Source of the DNA: an uncultured bacterium
GTDB taxonomy: Bacteria > Fermentibacterota > Fermentibacteria > Fermentibacterales > JCC-6
Reading direction: 5' to 3'
Length of the DNA stretch: 33,674 nucleotides
Assembly: GCA_964582075.1 (NCBI GenBank)
Contig: CAZOQQ010000002.1
Span: 1 to 33,674 of the forward strand
Shown: positions 8,542 to 18,336 of the stretch, one piece after another
Layout of the letters: each line of letters opens with the position of its first letter
How positions within the stretch are numbered: the stretch's first letter is position 1
The notes under the pieces: generated by a model
Database searches by the model: none
Told to the model about the DNA's origin: nothing
Seen by the model: the letters and a program-made list of their open reading frames with translations, nothing else
Translations under genes and position numbers: made by a program

Positions 8542-9659
8542 CTTAGCGCCCCTTCGCCGGCCACTCTGGACACTATTCCAAGGGTTCCTACACTGACGAT
8601 TAAATTTGAGCCGCCCCAGGAAATCAGCGGAAGCGGCATGCCCGTGGATGGAAACATTCTTGTAACTACGGCTATGTGTATGAACATCCCCAGCGCGATT
8701 GAAGCTATAAGGCCTCCCGATACGAGGTATCCGAACAGGTGATCGGCATTATCAGCAATAATCCATCCGGACATCAGCAGCAGTATCAGAAGAGTCAGAA
8801 TCAGCAGTACACCGGCCAAACCCGACTCTTCGCCGATGACAGCCAGTATGTAATCAGAAAACGCCTCCGGCAGAAAACCTCTCTGCTGTCTTCCCCTTCC
8901 TATACCCCTGCCCATCATCCCTCCGCTACCGAGTGCGATACAGGCCTGTTCCGGCTGATATGTTGATGCGTCAGCGGCATTTCCGGGAGAAAACCAGCTT
9001 ACCAGTCTTTCCCTTCTGTACTCCGAAGAAAATATCACTGTTGAAGCCAGCGCAAGCATAATCAGGAACAGAACCAGCATATCCCTGAATCTTGCCTCAG
9101 CAAGGAAAAGAACGATTACCATTACAAGAAGTATGTACATGCCTCCCGCAAAATCAGGCTGAAAAGCCACCAATGCCGCCGGAACCAGGGCAAGAACGGT
9201 CAACCAGGCAACTCCGGCACCCGTACGGGCACGGATAGACCCTCCCGATAAAAGGGATGCGGCAAGAATTATGTACGCAATTCTTGCTATTTCTGAAGGC
9301 ATTATCCGGAAACCGCTGAACAACACAAACCATCTTGCCGATCCGTTTATTACCGGTGCCCACCGGGAACCCCTGAGGGGCAGAAGAAGAACCAGCATTG
9401 CCAGAGAGAACAGGTAGAAGAAGGGAGCCGCTTTTTTCAATACCGCGGGTGGAATGCTCCACGCGAGCAGTCCGGCAACGATCGCGATGATTACCTTCTT
9501 TATATGAAGTACCAGAAACAGGGTACTTGATTGAGAATCGGTGAGCAGGAGAGATTTAAAGGAACTCGCGGTATAAACGGCAAGTGTTCCCAGAATCAGC
9601 AGCAGAACCGCTGAAATGAGCATCATATTCCGGGCTCCGGATGATCTGAAAGTAATCAT
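8538..9659 (-). CDS. ftsW: peptidoglycan glycosyltransferase FtsW (SEDS family)
   Basis: 373 aa, polytopic, with SEDS motifs PSEIARIAYIL and STGMPLPLISWGGSN. It sits between murD and murG. Confidence 0.85.
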   Translation of the reverse strand: MITFRSSGARNMMLISAVLLLILGTLAVYTASSFKSLLLTDSQSSTLFLVLHIKKVIIAIVAGLLAWSIPPAVLKKAAPFFYLFSLAMLVLLLPLRGSRWAPVINGSARWFVLFSGFRIMPSEIARIAYIILAASLLSGGSIRARTGAGVAWLTVLALVPAALVAFQPDFAGGMYILLVMVIVLFLAEARFRDMLVLFLIMLALASTVIFSSEYRRERLVSWFSPGNAADASTYQPEQACIALGSGGMMGRGIGRGRQQRGFLPEAFSDYILAVIGEESGLAGVLLILTLLILLLMSGWIIADNADHLFGYLVSGGLIASIALGMFIHIAVVTRMFPSTGMPLPLISWGGSNLIVSVGTLGIVSRVAGEGALR

Positions 9660-10999
9660 TTCAGATCCTCAACAAGCTTCCGGAAGTGTTCTCCACGTTC
9701 CTCAAAATTACCGTACTGATCAAAACTCGCGCATCCCGGGCTCAAAAGCACAACATCGCCATCCTCCGATTCTTCGACCGCACGTTTCACTGCATTCTCC
9801 ATGATATTCTCAAGGAAGACTGGTACTGTACCGGACCAGCAGTCTTTCAGCATCTCCGAGGAATCCCCGATAAGGATAAGCGTTTTAACCCTTGCTGTTA
9901 TCAGGTTCCTGAGCAGGCTGTAATCGGTTTCCTTGGCAATTCCACCGGCAATGAGTACAACAGGTTCCGTGAAACTCTTCAAAGCGACATTAAGAGAATC
10001 GGGATTTGTTGATTTTGAATCGTTCACGAACGAAACACCGTTACGATTTCTTATCCATTCGATTCTGTGAGGAACTCCTCTGAAGGATGACAGTCCTTCG
10101 ACCATCTTCTCAGGCTCCAGTCCGGTTTTACTGGCGAGACATATAACCGCGAGGGCGTTTGACAGGTTATGCAGGCCGGGCAGTGATATTTCCCTTTTAT
10201 CAATTACGAATTTTCTGCTTCTTGAATCAGCAAAATAGATGGAGTTGTTCATAGTAAACGCTCCGGAACCCGGAATTTCATCTATTCCGAAATACAATTC
10301 CAGACCGGCGGTCCTGTGAGCAAGCGGGATCGACCCGGGATCGTCTCCGTTAAGTACAAGCAGGTCACCGTTCCGCTGATTCATGAATATTCTCGCCTTG
10401 GCATTGATGTATCCATCAATATCTCCATGACGCTGAAGATGGTCGGGAGTGATATTGAGTATAGCGGCAGCGGAAGGTCTGAAAATTTCCGTTGTCTGAA
10501 GCTGGTAGCTGCTGACTTCCAGGGAGATGAAATCAGCGTCAGGATTCTCGATAATAGCGGTACTGAAAGGATAACCGGTGTTCCCGGCCACGCAGGATCT
10601 CAGTCCGGCTTTTCCAAGTGTGTACCCCAGCCATTCGGCTGTAGTTGTCTTTCCATTTGAACCGGTAATGGCCAGTATGGGGATATCCGTATTCCTGAAC
10701 GCGAGTTCGATCTCCCCTATGACCGGAAGACCCAGTTCGCGTGCGGCTGCGGGCAGGCCTGCAGCCGGGTCAACACCCGGACTTATGACCATACCGTCAA
10801 GGCTGCCTATGCAATCGATAATTCCATCCCCGGTAACCATCCGCTCACAATCCGGACAAACCGGTATATCGCTCCTTCTGTCGAATCCTGTTACCGAGAA
10901 TCCCTTCAACCTAAGAAGCGCGGCTGCGGCCCTGCCGCTCTTTCCAAGTCCCAGTACCCCGATATTTTTCCCGCCATCTGTCCAGTATCCCATACTCAC
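9656..10999 (-). CDS. murD: UDP-N-acetylmuramoylalanine--D-glutamate ligase
   Basis: 447 aa with GVLGLGKSGRAAA and the P-loop ITGSNGKTTTAEW. Gene order supports the call. Confidence 0.9.
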   Translation of the reverse strand: MSMGYWTDGGKNIGVLGLGKSGRAAAALLRLKGFSVTGFDRRSDIPVCPDCERMVTGDGIIDCIGSLDGMVISPGVDPAAGLPAAARELGLPVIGEIELAFRNTDIPILAITGSNGKTTTAEWLGYTLGKAGLRSCVAGNTGYPFSTAIIENPDADFISLEVSSYQLQTTEIFRPSAAAILNITPDHLQRHGDIDGYINAKARIFMNQRNGDLLVLNGDDPGSIPLAHRTAGLELYFGIDEIPGSGAFTMNNSIYFADSRSRKFVIDKREISLPGLHNLSNALAVICLASKTGLEPEKMVEGLSSFRGVPHRIEWIRNRNGVSFVNDSKSTNPDSLNVALKSFTEPVVLIAGGIAKETDYSLLRNLITARVKTLILIGDSSEMLKDCWSGTVPVFLENIMENAVKRAVEESEDGDVVLLSPGCASFDQYGNFEERGEHFRKLVEDLK

Positions 11000-12156
11000 C
11001 TTATCTTCAATGTTGTCAATCCCAGAAGTCCGAGAATAGCCGCTATTATCCAGAACCGAATAACTACTTTACTTTCCATCCACCCTTTCAGCTCAAAATG
11101 ATGGTGAATGGGTGCCATGAGAAAAATCCGTTTCCCGGTCCTTTTGAACCAGCTTACCTGCAGAACCACGCTGAGAACCTCAACCACGAAAACTCCACCT
11201 ACAAGGAAAAGGAGGAGTTCATTCTTTGTTACTACCGCCATGGAACCGATTGCGCCTCCCAGAGCGAGAGAACCGGTATCCCCCATGAAAACCGTCGCCG
11301 GGGGCGCGTTGAACCACAGGAAACCCAGGCTCGCGCCGGCCATGGCACCGGCGAAGATCGATACTTCTCCTACCCCGGGGAGGTAGGAAAATTGCAGGTA
11401 ATCGGAGAATCTCACATGTCCAAGAAGGTAAGCCATTACACCGAAAGTCAATATTGAAACAAGGCTTACTCCGGTCGCAAGCCCGTCCAGGCCATCTGTC
11501 AGGTTAACCGCGTTAGCCGTTCCGACGAGGACGAGAGCAACAAAAATAATATAGAACAGGCCCAGATCGATCCTGATTCCCTTGAAGAATGGAACTGTTG
11601 TCTCCGTGGATATGATATCGATATCCCGGGTGGATTCCAGATCTATTGTGCGCACGGAAGGTATCAGCGACGGATGAGGATGAGTACTTCCGGGTGTTAC
11701 CGGGCTGAAACAGAGCCACGCACCGAGGGCGATACCCAGAGCGAACTGACCCGCCAGTTTGTATCTTCCTATAAGCCCTTTGGAGCATTGTCTGACAACC
11801 TTCAGATAATCATCAAGCAAGCCAATCAGACCCATCCAGATCGTCGAAATCAGTACGACCATAAGTGAACGGTTATTGAGCCTTCCCCACAGCATTATCG
11901 CCAGAAGAACGGACAGGAGAATAATGAAACCTCCCATCGTGGGCGTGCCTTCTTTTTTCAGATGACTCCGTGGACCATCGTCCCTGACCGTCTGACCAAT
12001 CTGGTGTTTCTTCAGGAATCTTATGATGAAGGGACCCGCAGCGAAAGCAATAATCATAGCCGTGAAAGTAGCTCCCGCTGCGCGGAAAGTGATATAACCG
12101 AAAAGGTTGAAAATGGAAGCAGATTCCCTCAATGGATATAAAATCCAGTAAAACAT
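10996..12156 (-). CDS. mraY: phospho-N-acetylmuramoyl-pentapeptide transferase
   Basis: Motifs LLDDYLKV, NAVNLTDGLDGLA, FMGDTGSLALGG and PIHHHFE. The start was trimmed to the ATG at 12156, which overlaps the murF TGA (TGATG) and gives the typical MFYWILYPL N-terminus (386 aa). The ORF-track start at 12231 would overlap murF by 76 nt. Confidence 0.9.
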   Translation of the reverse strand: MFYWILYPLRESASIFNLFGYITFRAAGATFTAMIIAFAAGPFIIRFLKKHQIGQTVRDDGPRSHLKKEGTPTMGGFIILLSVLLAIMLWGRLNNRSLMVVLISTIWMGLIGLLDDYLKVVRQCSKGLIGRYKLAGQFALGIALGAWLCFSPVTPGSTHPHPSLIPSVRTIDLESTRDIDIISTETTVPFFKGIRIDLGLFYIIFVALVLVGTANAVNLTDGLDGLATGVSLVSILTFGVMAYLLGHVRFSDYLQFSYLPGVGEVSIFAGAMAGASLGFLWFNAPPATVFMGDTGSLALGGAIGSMAVVTKNELLLFLVGGVFVVEVLSVVLQVSWFKRTGKRIFLMAPIHHHFELKGWMESKVVIRFWIIAAILGLLGLTTLKIR

Positions 12157-13469
12157 CAGATACCTTCTTCCAGAGAACGAACCAGTTCGCTGAGCTTCAG
12201 TGAATTCGAACCCTTTACGAGTACCGTACATTCGGGAGGAGCGATATTTCTGAGTATTTTCAGTGCGTCCTTCCAGTCTTCGGCCACATGAGTATCCGTG
12301 TTCGTAACTGTCCTTTTCACGGAATCGTACACATCCCCGGTCAGGATAATGAAATCCAGCCCGATGTTGTCCGCCCGCTCCAGTATTTCCGCGTGATATC
12401 CGGGACTCCCGGCGCCCAGCTCACGCATGTCGCCAAGAACCGCTCCCCTGTGCCCCTTTACAGCCTCAAGCACTTCAAGGCAGGCACGGGTTGAATCGGG
12501 GTTCGCGTTGTAGCTCTCATCCAGAACAGTCAGCCCTCCCGCTTCAATAATCCTTCCCCTGCCCCCTGGCGGAGTAACTTTTTCAATTGCCCCGGCAGCC
12601 TTCCCCGGCTGTGCGCCCAGAGTATCCGCCATAAGCAGTGCGGAAACCGCGTTCATCATATTATGTTTTCCCCTGAACTGCAGTTTTATTTCTATTTTCC
12701 ATGGGTAAACAACGCATATACCGTTCTCCTGTTCGAACCACGCGTCACCACCGTTCCCGAAATACCTGATATTCAGTCCGGTGGCGCGGGCCGTTCGGTC
12801 AAGAATCTCTTCACCGGCTGGAATAACGCAGGTTCCGCCGGAAACTGTAGTCCGAATCAGCTCTGCTTTTGCTTTTGCTATATCATCCAGGGAATCAAAA
12901 TACTCCATGTGAGCATGTCCTATATTCGTTATCAGACAATCAGATGGAGAAGCAATTCCGCCCAGACGCAGCAGTTCACCGGCATGGTTCATACCAAGTT
13001 CGAGAACAATAATGTCCACATCCTTTTCCGGGGCATTGAGAAGTGTAAGCGGCATACCGAGATGGTTGTTAAGATTTCCGCTGGTGCTGTATACTGTGAA
13101 TTTCGATTTCAGCGCCGCTGTGAGAAATAATCTGGTGGTCGTTTTACCGCTTGATCCTGTAATCGCGACAACTCTTGAACCAATGGTATTTCTTCTCCAT
13201 TCGGCAGCATCAAGAAGTGCCTTCTCAACATTCTCCACAAGAACGACCCCCTCGCGCCTGCCTCCGCGCGATACCACGGCCATACCACCATTTTCGATAA
13301 CATCATCCACGTACGCATGACCATCCGTTCTGCTTCCACCCAGAGCGAAGAACAGACAGTCTTTGCAGGATTCTCTTGAGTCGATTATTGCGTGACCGAT
13401 TTTTCTGTCGGCACTTTCAGGGGCAATCCAGCCGCCCGCGGCATTCGCGATATCGATCAGGCGCATCAT
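12156..13469 (-). CDS. murF: UDP-N-acetylmuramoyl-tripeptide--D-alanyl-D-alanine ligase
   Basis: 437 aa with the P-loop ITGSSGKTTTRLF. It sits between murE and mraY and has an ATGA overlap with the murE stop. Confidence 0.9.
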   Translation of the reverse strand: MMRLIDIANAAGGWIAPESADRKIGHAIIDSRESCKDCLFFALGGSRTDGHAYVDDVIENGGMAVVSRGGRREGVVLVENVEKALLDAAEWRRNTIGSRVVAITGSSGKTTTRLFLTAALKSKFTVYSTSGNLNNHLGMPLTLLNAPEKDVDIIVLELGMNHAGELLRLGGIASPSDCLITNIGHAHMEYFDSLDDIAKAKAELIRTTVSGGTCVIPAGEEILDRTARATGLNIRYFGNGGDAWFEQENGICVVYPWKIEIKLQFRGKHNMMNAVSALLMADTLGAQPGKAAGAIEKVTPPGGRGRIIEAGGLTVLDESYNANPDSTRACLEVLEAVKGHRGAVLGDMRELGAGSPGYHAEILERADNIGLDFIILTGDVYDSVKRTVTNTDTHVAEDWKDALKILRNIAPPECTVLVKGSNSLKLSELVRSLEEGI

Positions 13470-14914
13470 TTCATCACTTCTTTCAGCGCGTTGATGGCTT
13501 CTTCACGATCATCAAAATGAATTTTTCTTCTGCCGAGGACCTGGTAATCTTCATGCCCTTTACCGGCAATTATTACTACATCCCCTGTTTCTGCGAGCCG
13601 GATTGCCGACCTTATTGCTGTTCGTCTATCTGGTTCCACGATTATCGTGCGGGATGATTCCCTATCCAGTCCGGCGATTATTTCACTTATAATGGCATCC
13701 GGAGCTTCGGTTCTGGGATTATCACTGGTAATTACCAGAATATCCGCGATGCTTTCGGCTACTCTTCCCATGACAGGTCGTTTCGTGGAGTCCCTGTCAC
13801 CTCCGGCACCAAAAACAACTATTACCCTGTTTTCCGCAAGTTCCGATGCCTGAGCAAGCACCCTCTCAAGAGCATCGGGTGTATGCGCGTAATCAATTGC
13901 GACCAGGAAGTTCTGTCCAGGATTCACCGGCTGAAATCTCCCCGGCACACCGGGAAAATCCCTGAGATATTCCGAAGCGGACTCCGGACTGATACCAAGT
14001 TCGACAGCTGCTGAAAGAGCTCCGGCGGCATTGAAAATATTGAATCTTCCGGGGATGTTCATCTCAACCTGGTTTGAATCAGCGCGGGTATGAAAGCGGA
14101 ATGAGATCCTTCCGGTTTCTGATTGTATATCACTTACACGGTAGGAATCATTTTCCCTCGTTCCGAATGTTACAGCACCATCTATAGAGGGATAACCTTC
14201 CGAATAGGTGCCTGTTATCGAACTTCCGTTTTTCTTGACAAGATCGAACAGATGTATTTTGGAATTCAGGTAGTCATCCATACTGCGATGATAATCCAGA
14301 TGGTCCTGCGTAATATTGGTGAACAGAGCAACATCGAATCTAACGTCTTCCACCCTGCTGAGAGAGAGAGCATGACTGGATACTTCCATCACGCAGCACC
14401 TGTCATGTTTCCGGACCATCTCCCTCATCATTCGAGCGATATCCGGGGCGCATGGTGTAGTCATCGATGCCTTGACTTCCTCCCCGCCGATGATATGCCC
14501 TGTTGTTCCCATTATTCCGCTCTGCATACCGTGCTTCTGAAGGATCCAGTGAAGCATTCTGGCCGTTGAGGTTTTACCGTTGGTCCCGGTAATCCCGACA
14601 GTGATCAGCTCATTCCATGGATAATCGTAAAACCTGGCGGAGATCATGGACAGAATTTTCCTGTTATCGTGCTCGGGATTTTCGAATACCCTGGAATCAT
14701 CAAGAGAGCGATGTTCCGCAAGAACAACTGCGGCACCGTTATCCAGAGCCTGCTGCATATAAAGATGTCCGTTTGTCTCGAAACCCTTTATCGCAACAAA
14801 GAGTGATCCGGGAATCACTTTTCTCGAATCATTCTCAATCGATGTGATTTCCGTTGAGGCAAGTTCTCCCGGAACTTGAATCCCGGTTTCCCGCAGCAGA
14901 TCCGACAGAATCAT
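13466..14914 (-). CDS. murE: UDP-N-acetylmuramoyl-L-alanyl-D-glutamate--2,6-diaminopimelate ligase
   Basis: 482 aa with the P-loop GITGTNGKTSTA and a DNPR motif (ITSDNPRTE), which is characteristic of meso-DAP-adding enzymes. Confidence 0.9.
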   Translation of the reverse strand: MILSDLLRETGIQVPGELASTEITSIENDSRKVIPGSLFVAIKGFETNGHLYMQQALDNGAAVVLAEHRSLDDSRVFENPEHDNRKILSMISARFYDYPWNELITVGITGTNGKTSTARMLHWILQKHGMQSGIMGTTGHIIGGEEVKASMTTPCAPDIARMMREMVRKHDRCCVMEVSSHALSLSRVEDVRFDVALFTNITQDHLDYHRSMDDYLNSKIHLFDLVKKNGSSITGTYSEGYPSIDGAVTFGTRENDSYRVSDIQSETGRISFRFHTRADSNQVEMNIPGRFNIFNAAGALSAAVELGISPESASEYLRDFPGVPGRFQPVNPGQNFLVAIDYAHTPDALERVLAQASELAENRVIVVFGAGGDRDSTKRPVMGRVAESIADILVITSDNPRTEAPDAIISEIIAGLDRESSRTIIVEPDRRTAIRSAIRLAETGDVVIIAGKGHEDYQVLGRRKIHFDDREEAINALKEVMK

Positions 14915-16620
14915 TGAAATACACCCGCTAACAGATTGCTGTTCTGACTGCCAAGCGCGAGTTCAGGCTCAACCGCGAGAATTCTCGATGCAATTTCCGA
15001 GAAAACGGGGGCCGCCGAAGTGCTTCCCCACCTGAATTCAAAATCCGGACTGTCTATTACCACGGCAAGAACAAAACTCGGATTTTCTGCGGGAACGAGC
15101 CCGACGAATTCGCTCAGATATTCGTTTCTGCCGCTCATTTTTTCCGCTGTACCGGTTTTTCCGCCCACCACGACCCCATCCACGGCCGCGCTGCCGCCAG
15201 TTCCTTCCTGTACAACCAGTCTTAATGTGGAACGTACTGTACGCGCGGTCCCGGATGAAACAGGATGAGAACGTACTATTGATTCTTCACTTACCCATCG
15301 GTTTCCGTCCAGGCGGGCTTCAAGAAGTCTGGGATAGTAAAGAGTCCCTCCATTGGCAATTATGCCGTACGCCAATGCAAGCTGAAGGGGTGTTACAGTT
15401 ACTTCCTGTCCAATCGCGATTTGCGCCGAAGACACTCTGGACCATCCCGGTGATCCGGGAACGGGTAGAATACCCTTCGATTCGTCGGGGTACTCCACCA
15501 TGGTCTGCAGGCCGAATCCGAATCGACTGCAGTATTCGCAGAGAGTCGTGTCCGAAAGAAACCTGGACAGCATCACCGTTCCAACGTTACTGGAGTTGAT
15601 AATGATTTCATCCCGGGACAGTATTCCCATTTCGTGGGCATCGGAAATATTCTCCCCCGCGACATTGATATACCCGTCGCTGCAGTCGAACATTGCGTCT
15701 TCGTCGACGACACCCTCTTCAATGCAGGCCGCATAAGTAACGATCTTGAATGTCGAACCCGGTTCATGATATCCCTGAAAACAGTGGTTCATAGCAAGGG
15801 AACCGTTCCCGGCTCTTACCGGCACGCTGCCTGCCGCAAGAATCTCCCCGTTGTTCGGATCAATAAGCACCGCGGCAGCCCAGTCACAGTTGAACCGGCT
15901 CATCGCACTTTCAAGTTCTTCCATCATTATGCACTGAAATCTGGCATCTATTGTAAGCATGATGTCTTCGCCATCGACAACCGGTGAATTATCGGCATCG
16001 GGGTCGGTCAGGTTGTATCTGCCGGTAGCACTTCTCTCTATGAAGAGGCTTCCATCAATTCCCTGTAAACTTGTGTTGAACCAGCTCTCGACTCCTTCAG
16101 AATGTTCAGGGGTATACCTTCCGACAATTCCCGCAGTCAGGTCACCCATGGGATAGGTGCGTTCCTGCCTGACCTCCGCGTTCACCCCTGACGGCAAACC
16201 TGAATTCATAAGATCCACCGCATCAAGATAAGGTACATCAACGGCCAGGATCTGATTGCCTGAACGCCTCTCTATCGGAATTTCCGCCAACGCGCGGTTA
16301 CCTAAACGCCGCACAAGACTATCGATCAGAACGGTTTCATCGGATGGGACTTCGGGCCAGTAAACCTGGAATGTGGAAACGGCTCTGTTACCGGCCAGGA
16401 GGTACCCGTTCCTGTCCAGTATTCTTCCCCTGCGAGCTTCCACATCGATCCGGGTTGTATGCTGATTACACGCTACAACGGAATAGTGCCGATGATGTAC
16501 TATCTGAATATTCACCAGCCTGCCGACAACTATCAGGAAGCCAATCAGAGTTGAAATCATGAGCATCTTCAGCCTGGCAGATCGCCTCTCCAGAGAAATC
16601 TCAGCGTTCCATGCAGACAT
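14911..16620 (-). CDS. ftsI: peptidoglycan D,D-transpeptidase FtsI (class B PBP)
   Basis: Active-site motifs STFK (GSTFKIV), SSN (INSSNVG) and KTGT (GGKTGTAEK), plus an N-terminal transmembrane anchor. The start was trimmed to the ATG at 16620, preceded by GGAGGTGATCAGT (569 aa). The ORF-track start at 16689 has no Shine-Dalgarno sequence. Confidence 0.85.
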   Translation of the reverse strand: MSAWNAEISLERRSARLKMLMISTLIGFLIVVGRLVNIQIVHHRHYSVVACNQHTTRIDVEARRGRILDRNGYLLAGNRAVSTFQVYWPEVPSDETVLIDSLVRRLGNRALAEIPIERRSGNQILAVDVPYLDAVDLMNSGLPSGVNAEVRQERTYPMGDLTAGIVGRYTPEHSEGVESWFNTSLQGIDGSLFIERSATGRYNLTDPDADNSPVVDGEDIMLTIDARFQCIMMEELESAMSRFNCDWAAAVLIDPNNGEILAAGSVPVRAGNGSLAMNHCFQGYHEPGSTFKIVTYAACIEEGVVDEDAMFDCSDGYINVAGENISDAHEMGILSRDEIIINSSNVGTVMLSRFLSDTTLCEYCSRFGFGLQTMVEYPDESKGILPVPGSPGWSRVSSAQIAIGQEVTVTPLQLALAYGIIANGGTLYYPRLLEARLDGNRWVSEESIVRSHPVSSGTARTVRSTLRLVVQEGTGGSAAVDGVVVGGKTGTAEKMSGRNEYLSEFVGLVPAENPSFVLAVVIDSPDFEFRWGSTSAAPVFSEIASRILAVEPELALGSQNSNLLAGVFQ

Positions 16621-16915
16621 ACTGATCACCTCCTGATGCTTCAAAATCCACTCTCTGAATTGAGAATCGATGAAGGGGCACAGGGGCAAGACCGAGTTCC
16701 GTGCCTACCCTCTGAAGCCTCTCCGGGCTCAGAAGAGCCGCCCTTTCAACCAGCAGTTCATCACGTCTCCAGCTGAGCTGACGATTAATTTCAGCCAGGT
16801 TCTTGTACCTCATTGAAAGCGCCAGTCTCCAGTTATAGATCCCGGCTTCCAGAACGATGAGAAGCAGTATTCCCCCTGCCACGACAAAAAGTATTCTGCG
16901 CAAACCCGTTTTCAT
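16601..16915 (-). CDS. ftsL: cell division protein FtsL
   Basis: 104 aa with a single transmembrane helix (ILFVVAGGILLLIVL) followed by a coiled-coil region and the LLSPERLQRVGTELGL block typical of FtsL. It sits between rsmH and ftsI and has an ATGA overlap with the rsmH stop. Confidence 0.75.
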   Translation of the reverse strand: MKTGLRRILFVVAGGILLLIVLEAGIYNWRLALSMRYKNLAEINRQLSWRRDELLVERAALLSPERLQRVGTELGLAPVPLHRFSIQRVDFEASGGDQYVCMER

Positions 16916-17814
16916 ACCCTTATCCCCATGCGAAGCCTTGCCGACCTTGCTCTGCCGTTCTTCCTTATTTCTTCCCCACCGGGAAGAACCCAGACAGGCG
17001 AATACTGTTTATACCTGGGGTTATCACGGAAGAGCAGCTTAATTCTCCTGTCCTCTATTGAGTGAAACGTAATGAAAGCGATTCTTGCGCCTGGCTCGGT
17101 CCAGTCGGCCAGGCCGTTTATCATTTTTTCAAGCTGAAGAAGCTCTTCGTTCACGGCTATTCTGACAGCTTGAAAAACCCGGGAAAGGATCTTGAATGAA
17201 TTTCTTCTTACAGAGCTGTTTATTATCTCAGCAAGCTCTACGGTAGTTTTTATCGGCCTGTGTCCCGCAATTGCTTTAGCTATCCTTCTGCTTCTGCCTT
17301 CTTCACCGTATTTGTAGATGATATCGGCTATCTCTTTCTCGGACATTCCGTTCAGAAGTTCCGCGGCAGTTACTCCTTCGGTGTCATCAAATCTCATATC
17401 AAGAGGACCTTCGAACCTGTACGAGAACCCCCTTGCGGGCTCATTAAGTTGTATTGATGAAAGTCCAAGGTCAAAAAACGCGGCCGAAGCTTTTTTAAAT
17501 CCATGCTCGTTCATGATATCCGGTATTTCTGTATAACTTCCCCGCCGCACGGTTATTTCAGGATTGTTCCTGAACCTGTCCGTCAGGATCGATACGGCAG
17601 CAGGATCACGATCAACGGCTAAAAATTCCATCTCCGGAAGTGCTTCGCTGAGCAACGCAAGATGCCCTCCCGCTCCCGCTGTTCCATCAACAAGCAGTCC
17701 CCTGTTCGTACCTCCCGAAAAATATTCAACTACCTCGGCTGCCATTACCGGCACATGAGCCGGCAAACTGGTTCTGTCCGGAGAATTGCTTTTCGATAAT
17801 TCATCTGCAAACAT
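16912..17814 (-). CDS. rsmH: 16S rRNA (cytosine1402-N4)-methyltransferase
   Basis: 300 aa with HVPVMAAEV, the SAM-binding DGTAGAGGH, FFDLGLSSIQL and ITFHSIEDR. AGGAGG lies upstream. Confidence 0.9.
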   Translation of the reverse strand: MFADELSKSNSPDRTSLPAHVPVMAAEVVEYFSGGTNRGLLVDGTAGAGGHLALLSEALPEMEFLAVDRDPAAVSILTDRFRNNPEITVRRGSYTEIPDIMNEHGFKKASAAFFDLGLSSIQLNEPARGFSYRFEGPLDMRFDDTEGVTAAELLNGMSEKEIADIIYKYGEEGRSRRIAKAIAGHRPIKTTVELAEIINSSVRRNSFKILSRVFQAVRIAVNEELLQLEKMINGLADWTEPGARIAFITFHSIEDRRIKLLFRDNPRYKQYSPVWVLPGGEEIRKNGRARSARLRMGIRV

Positions 17815-17849
17815 TGAAACCGGACCTCCTGAAAAGGTAGAGATTTCAA

Positions 17850-18290
17850 CTAGTAAATATCTATATCGATTTCTTCAATCGCTTCTTCCAGAGTGGATAC
17901 CTGCTCCTCTTCCCGTCCGGCGTAACGTTGCGCATCCCATAATTCAATTGAGTCGAGAAGGCCGATGAAAACAACCTCGTGGGTTATACCGGAAACTTCG
18001 ATCAGGTCGTTTGGAATGGTTATCCTGCCCTGTCCGTCTATATTCACTGATCGAATGTACTGCGAGAATTCACGAATGATATCTCTGTTTCTTCTGCTGT
18101 TCCTGGATAGAGATGCCAGTCCATCTCTGACCTTCCGCCATTTTTCGGGCGGATACAGAATGAGGCTTCCCTCCATACCCTTACCAATAAGAAGACCTTC
18201 TTTTGGCAACTGCTTTCTGAACTGTGCCGGTACGCTTACCCGTCCCTTATCGTCAAGCGTATGTATATGTTTTCCAGTGTATTCACTCAT
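17850..18290 (-). CDS. mraZ: transcriptional regulator MraZ
   Basis: 146 aa with a duplicated SpoVT/AbrB-like module, LDDKGRVSVPAQFR and IDGQGRITIPNDL. It is the first gene of the dcw cluster. GGAGGA lies 7 nt upstream. Confidence 0.9.
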   Translation of the reverse strand: MSEYTGKHIHTLDDKGRVSVPAQFRKQLPKEGLLIGKGMEGSLILYPPEKWRKVRDGLASLSRNSRRNRDIIREFSQYIRSVNIDGQGRITIPNDLIEVSGITHEVVFIGLLDSIELWDAQRYAGREEEQVSTLEEAIEEIDIDIY

Positions 18291-18308
18291 AGGTTATCCT
18301 CCAGCTCA

Positions 18309-18336
18309 ATTCTATCCCACAATTTCCCACTGTCAA
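18309..18336 (-). promoter_or_regulatory. candidate dcw (Pmra-like) sigma70 promoter
   Basis: The minus strand reads TTGACA (18336..18331), a 16 nt spacer, then TAGAAT (18314..18309). The -10 ends 18 nt upstream of the mraZ ATG. The tRNA promoter at 33186..33214 has the same TTGAC/TAGAAT arrangement. Confidence 0.5.

Noticed and set aside
8182-8742. Long antisense ORFs inside core genes, such as 8182..8742 (186 aa), 10578..11039, 12663..13130, 14123..14569, 17965..18378, 18767..19309 and 22961..23401
   Set aside because: They lie opposite well-supported conserved genes and have biased composition (rich in Ser, Arg, Pro and Leu) typical of antisense frames. They have no motifs and no ribosome-binding sites.
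12157-12231. Upstream extensions of mraY (12231), ftsI (16689), rnfC (32593, TTG), rnfB (28222, TTG) and the BY-kinase (20784) as given in the ORF track
   Set aside because: In each case an internal ATG has a strong Shine-Dalgarno sequence or a stop/start overlap with the preceding gene, and it gives the family-typical N-terminus. The longer forms overlap the upstream gene.
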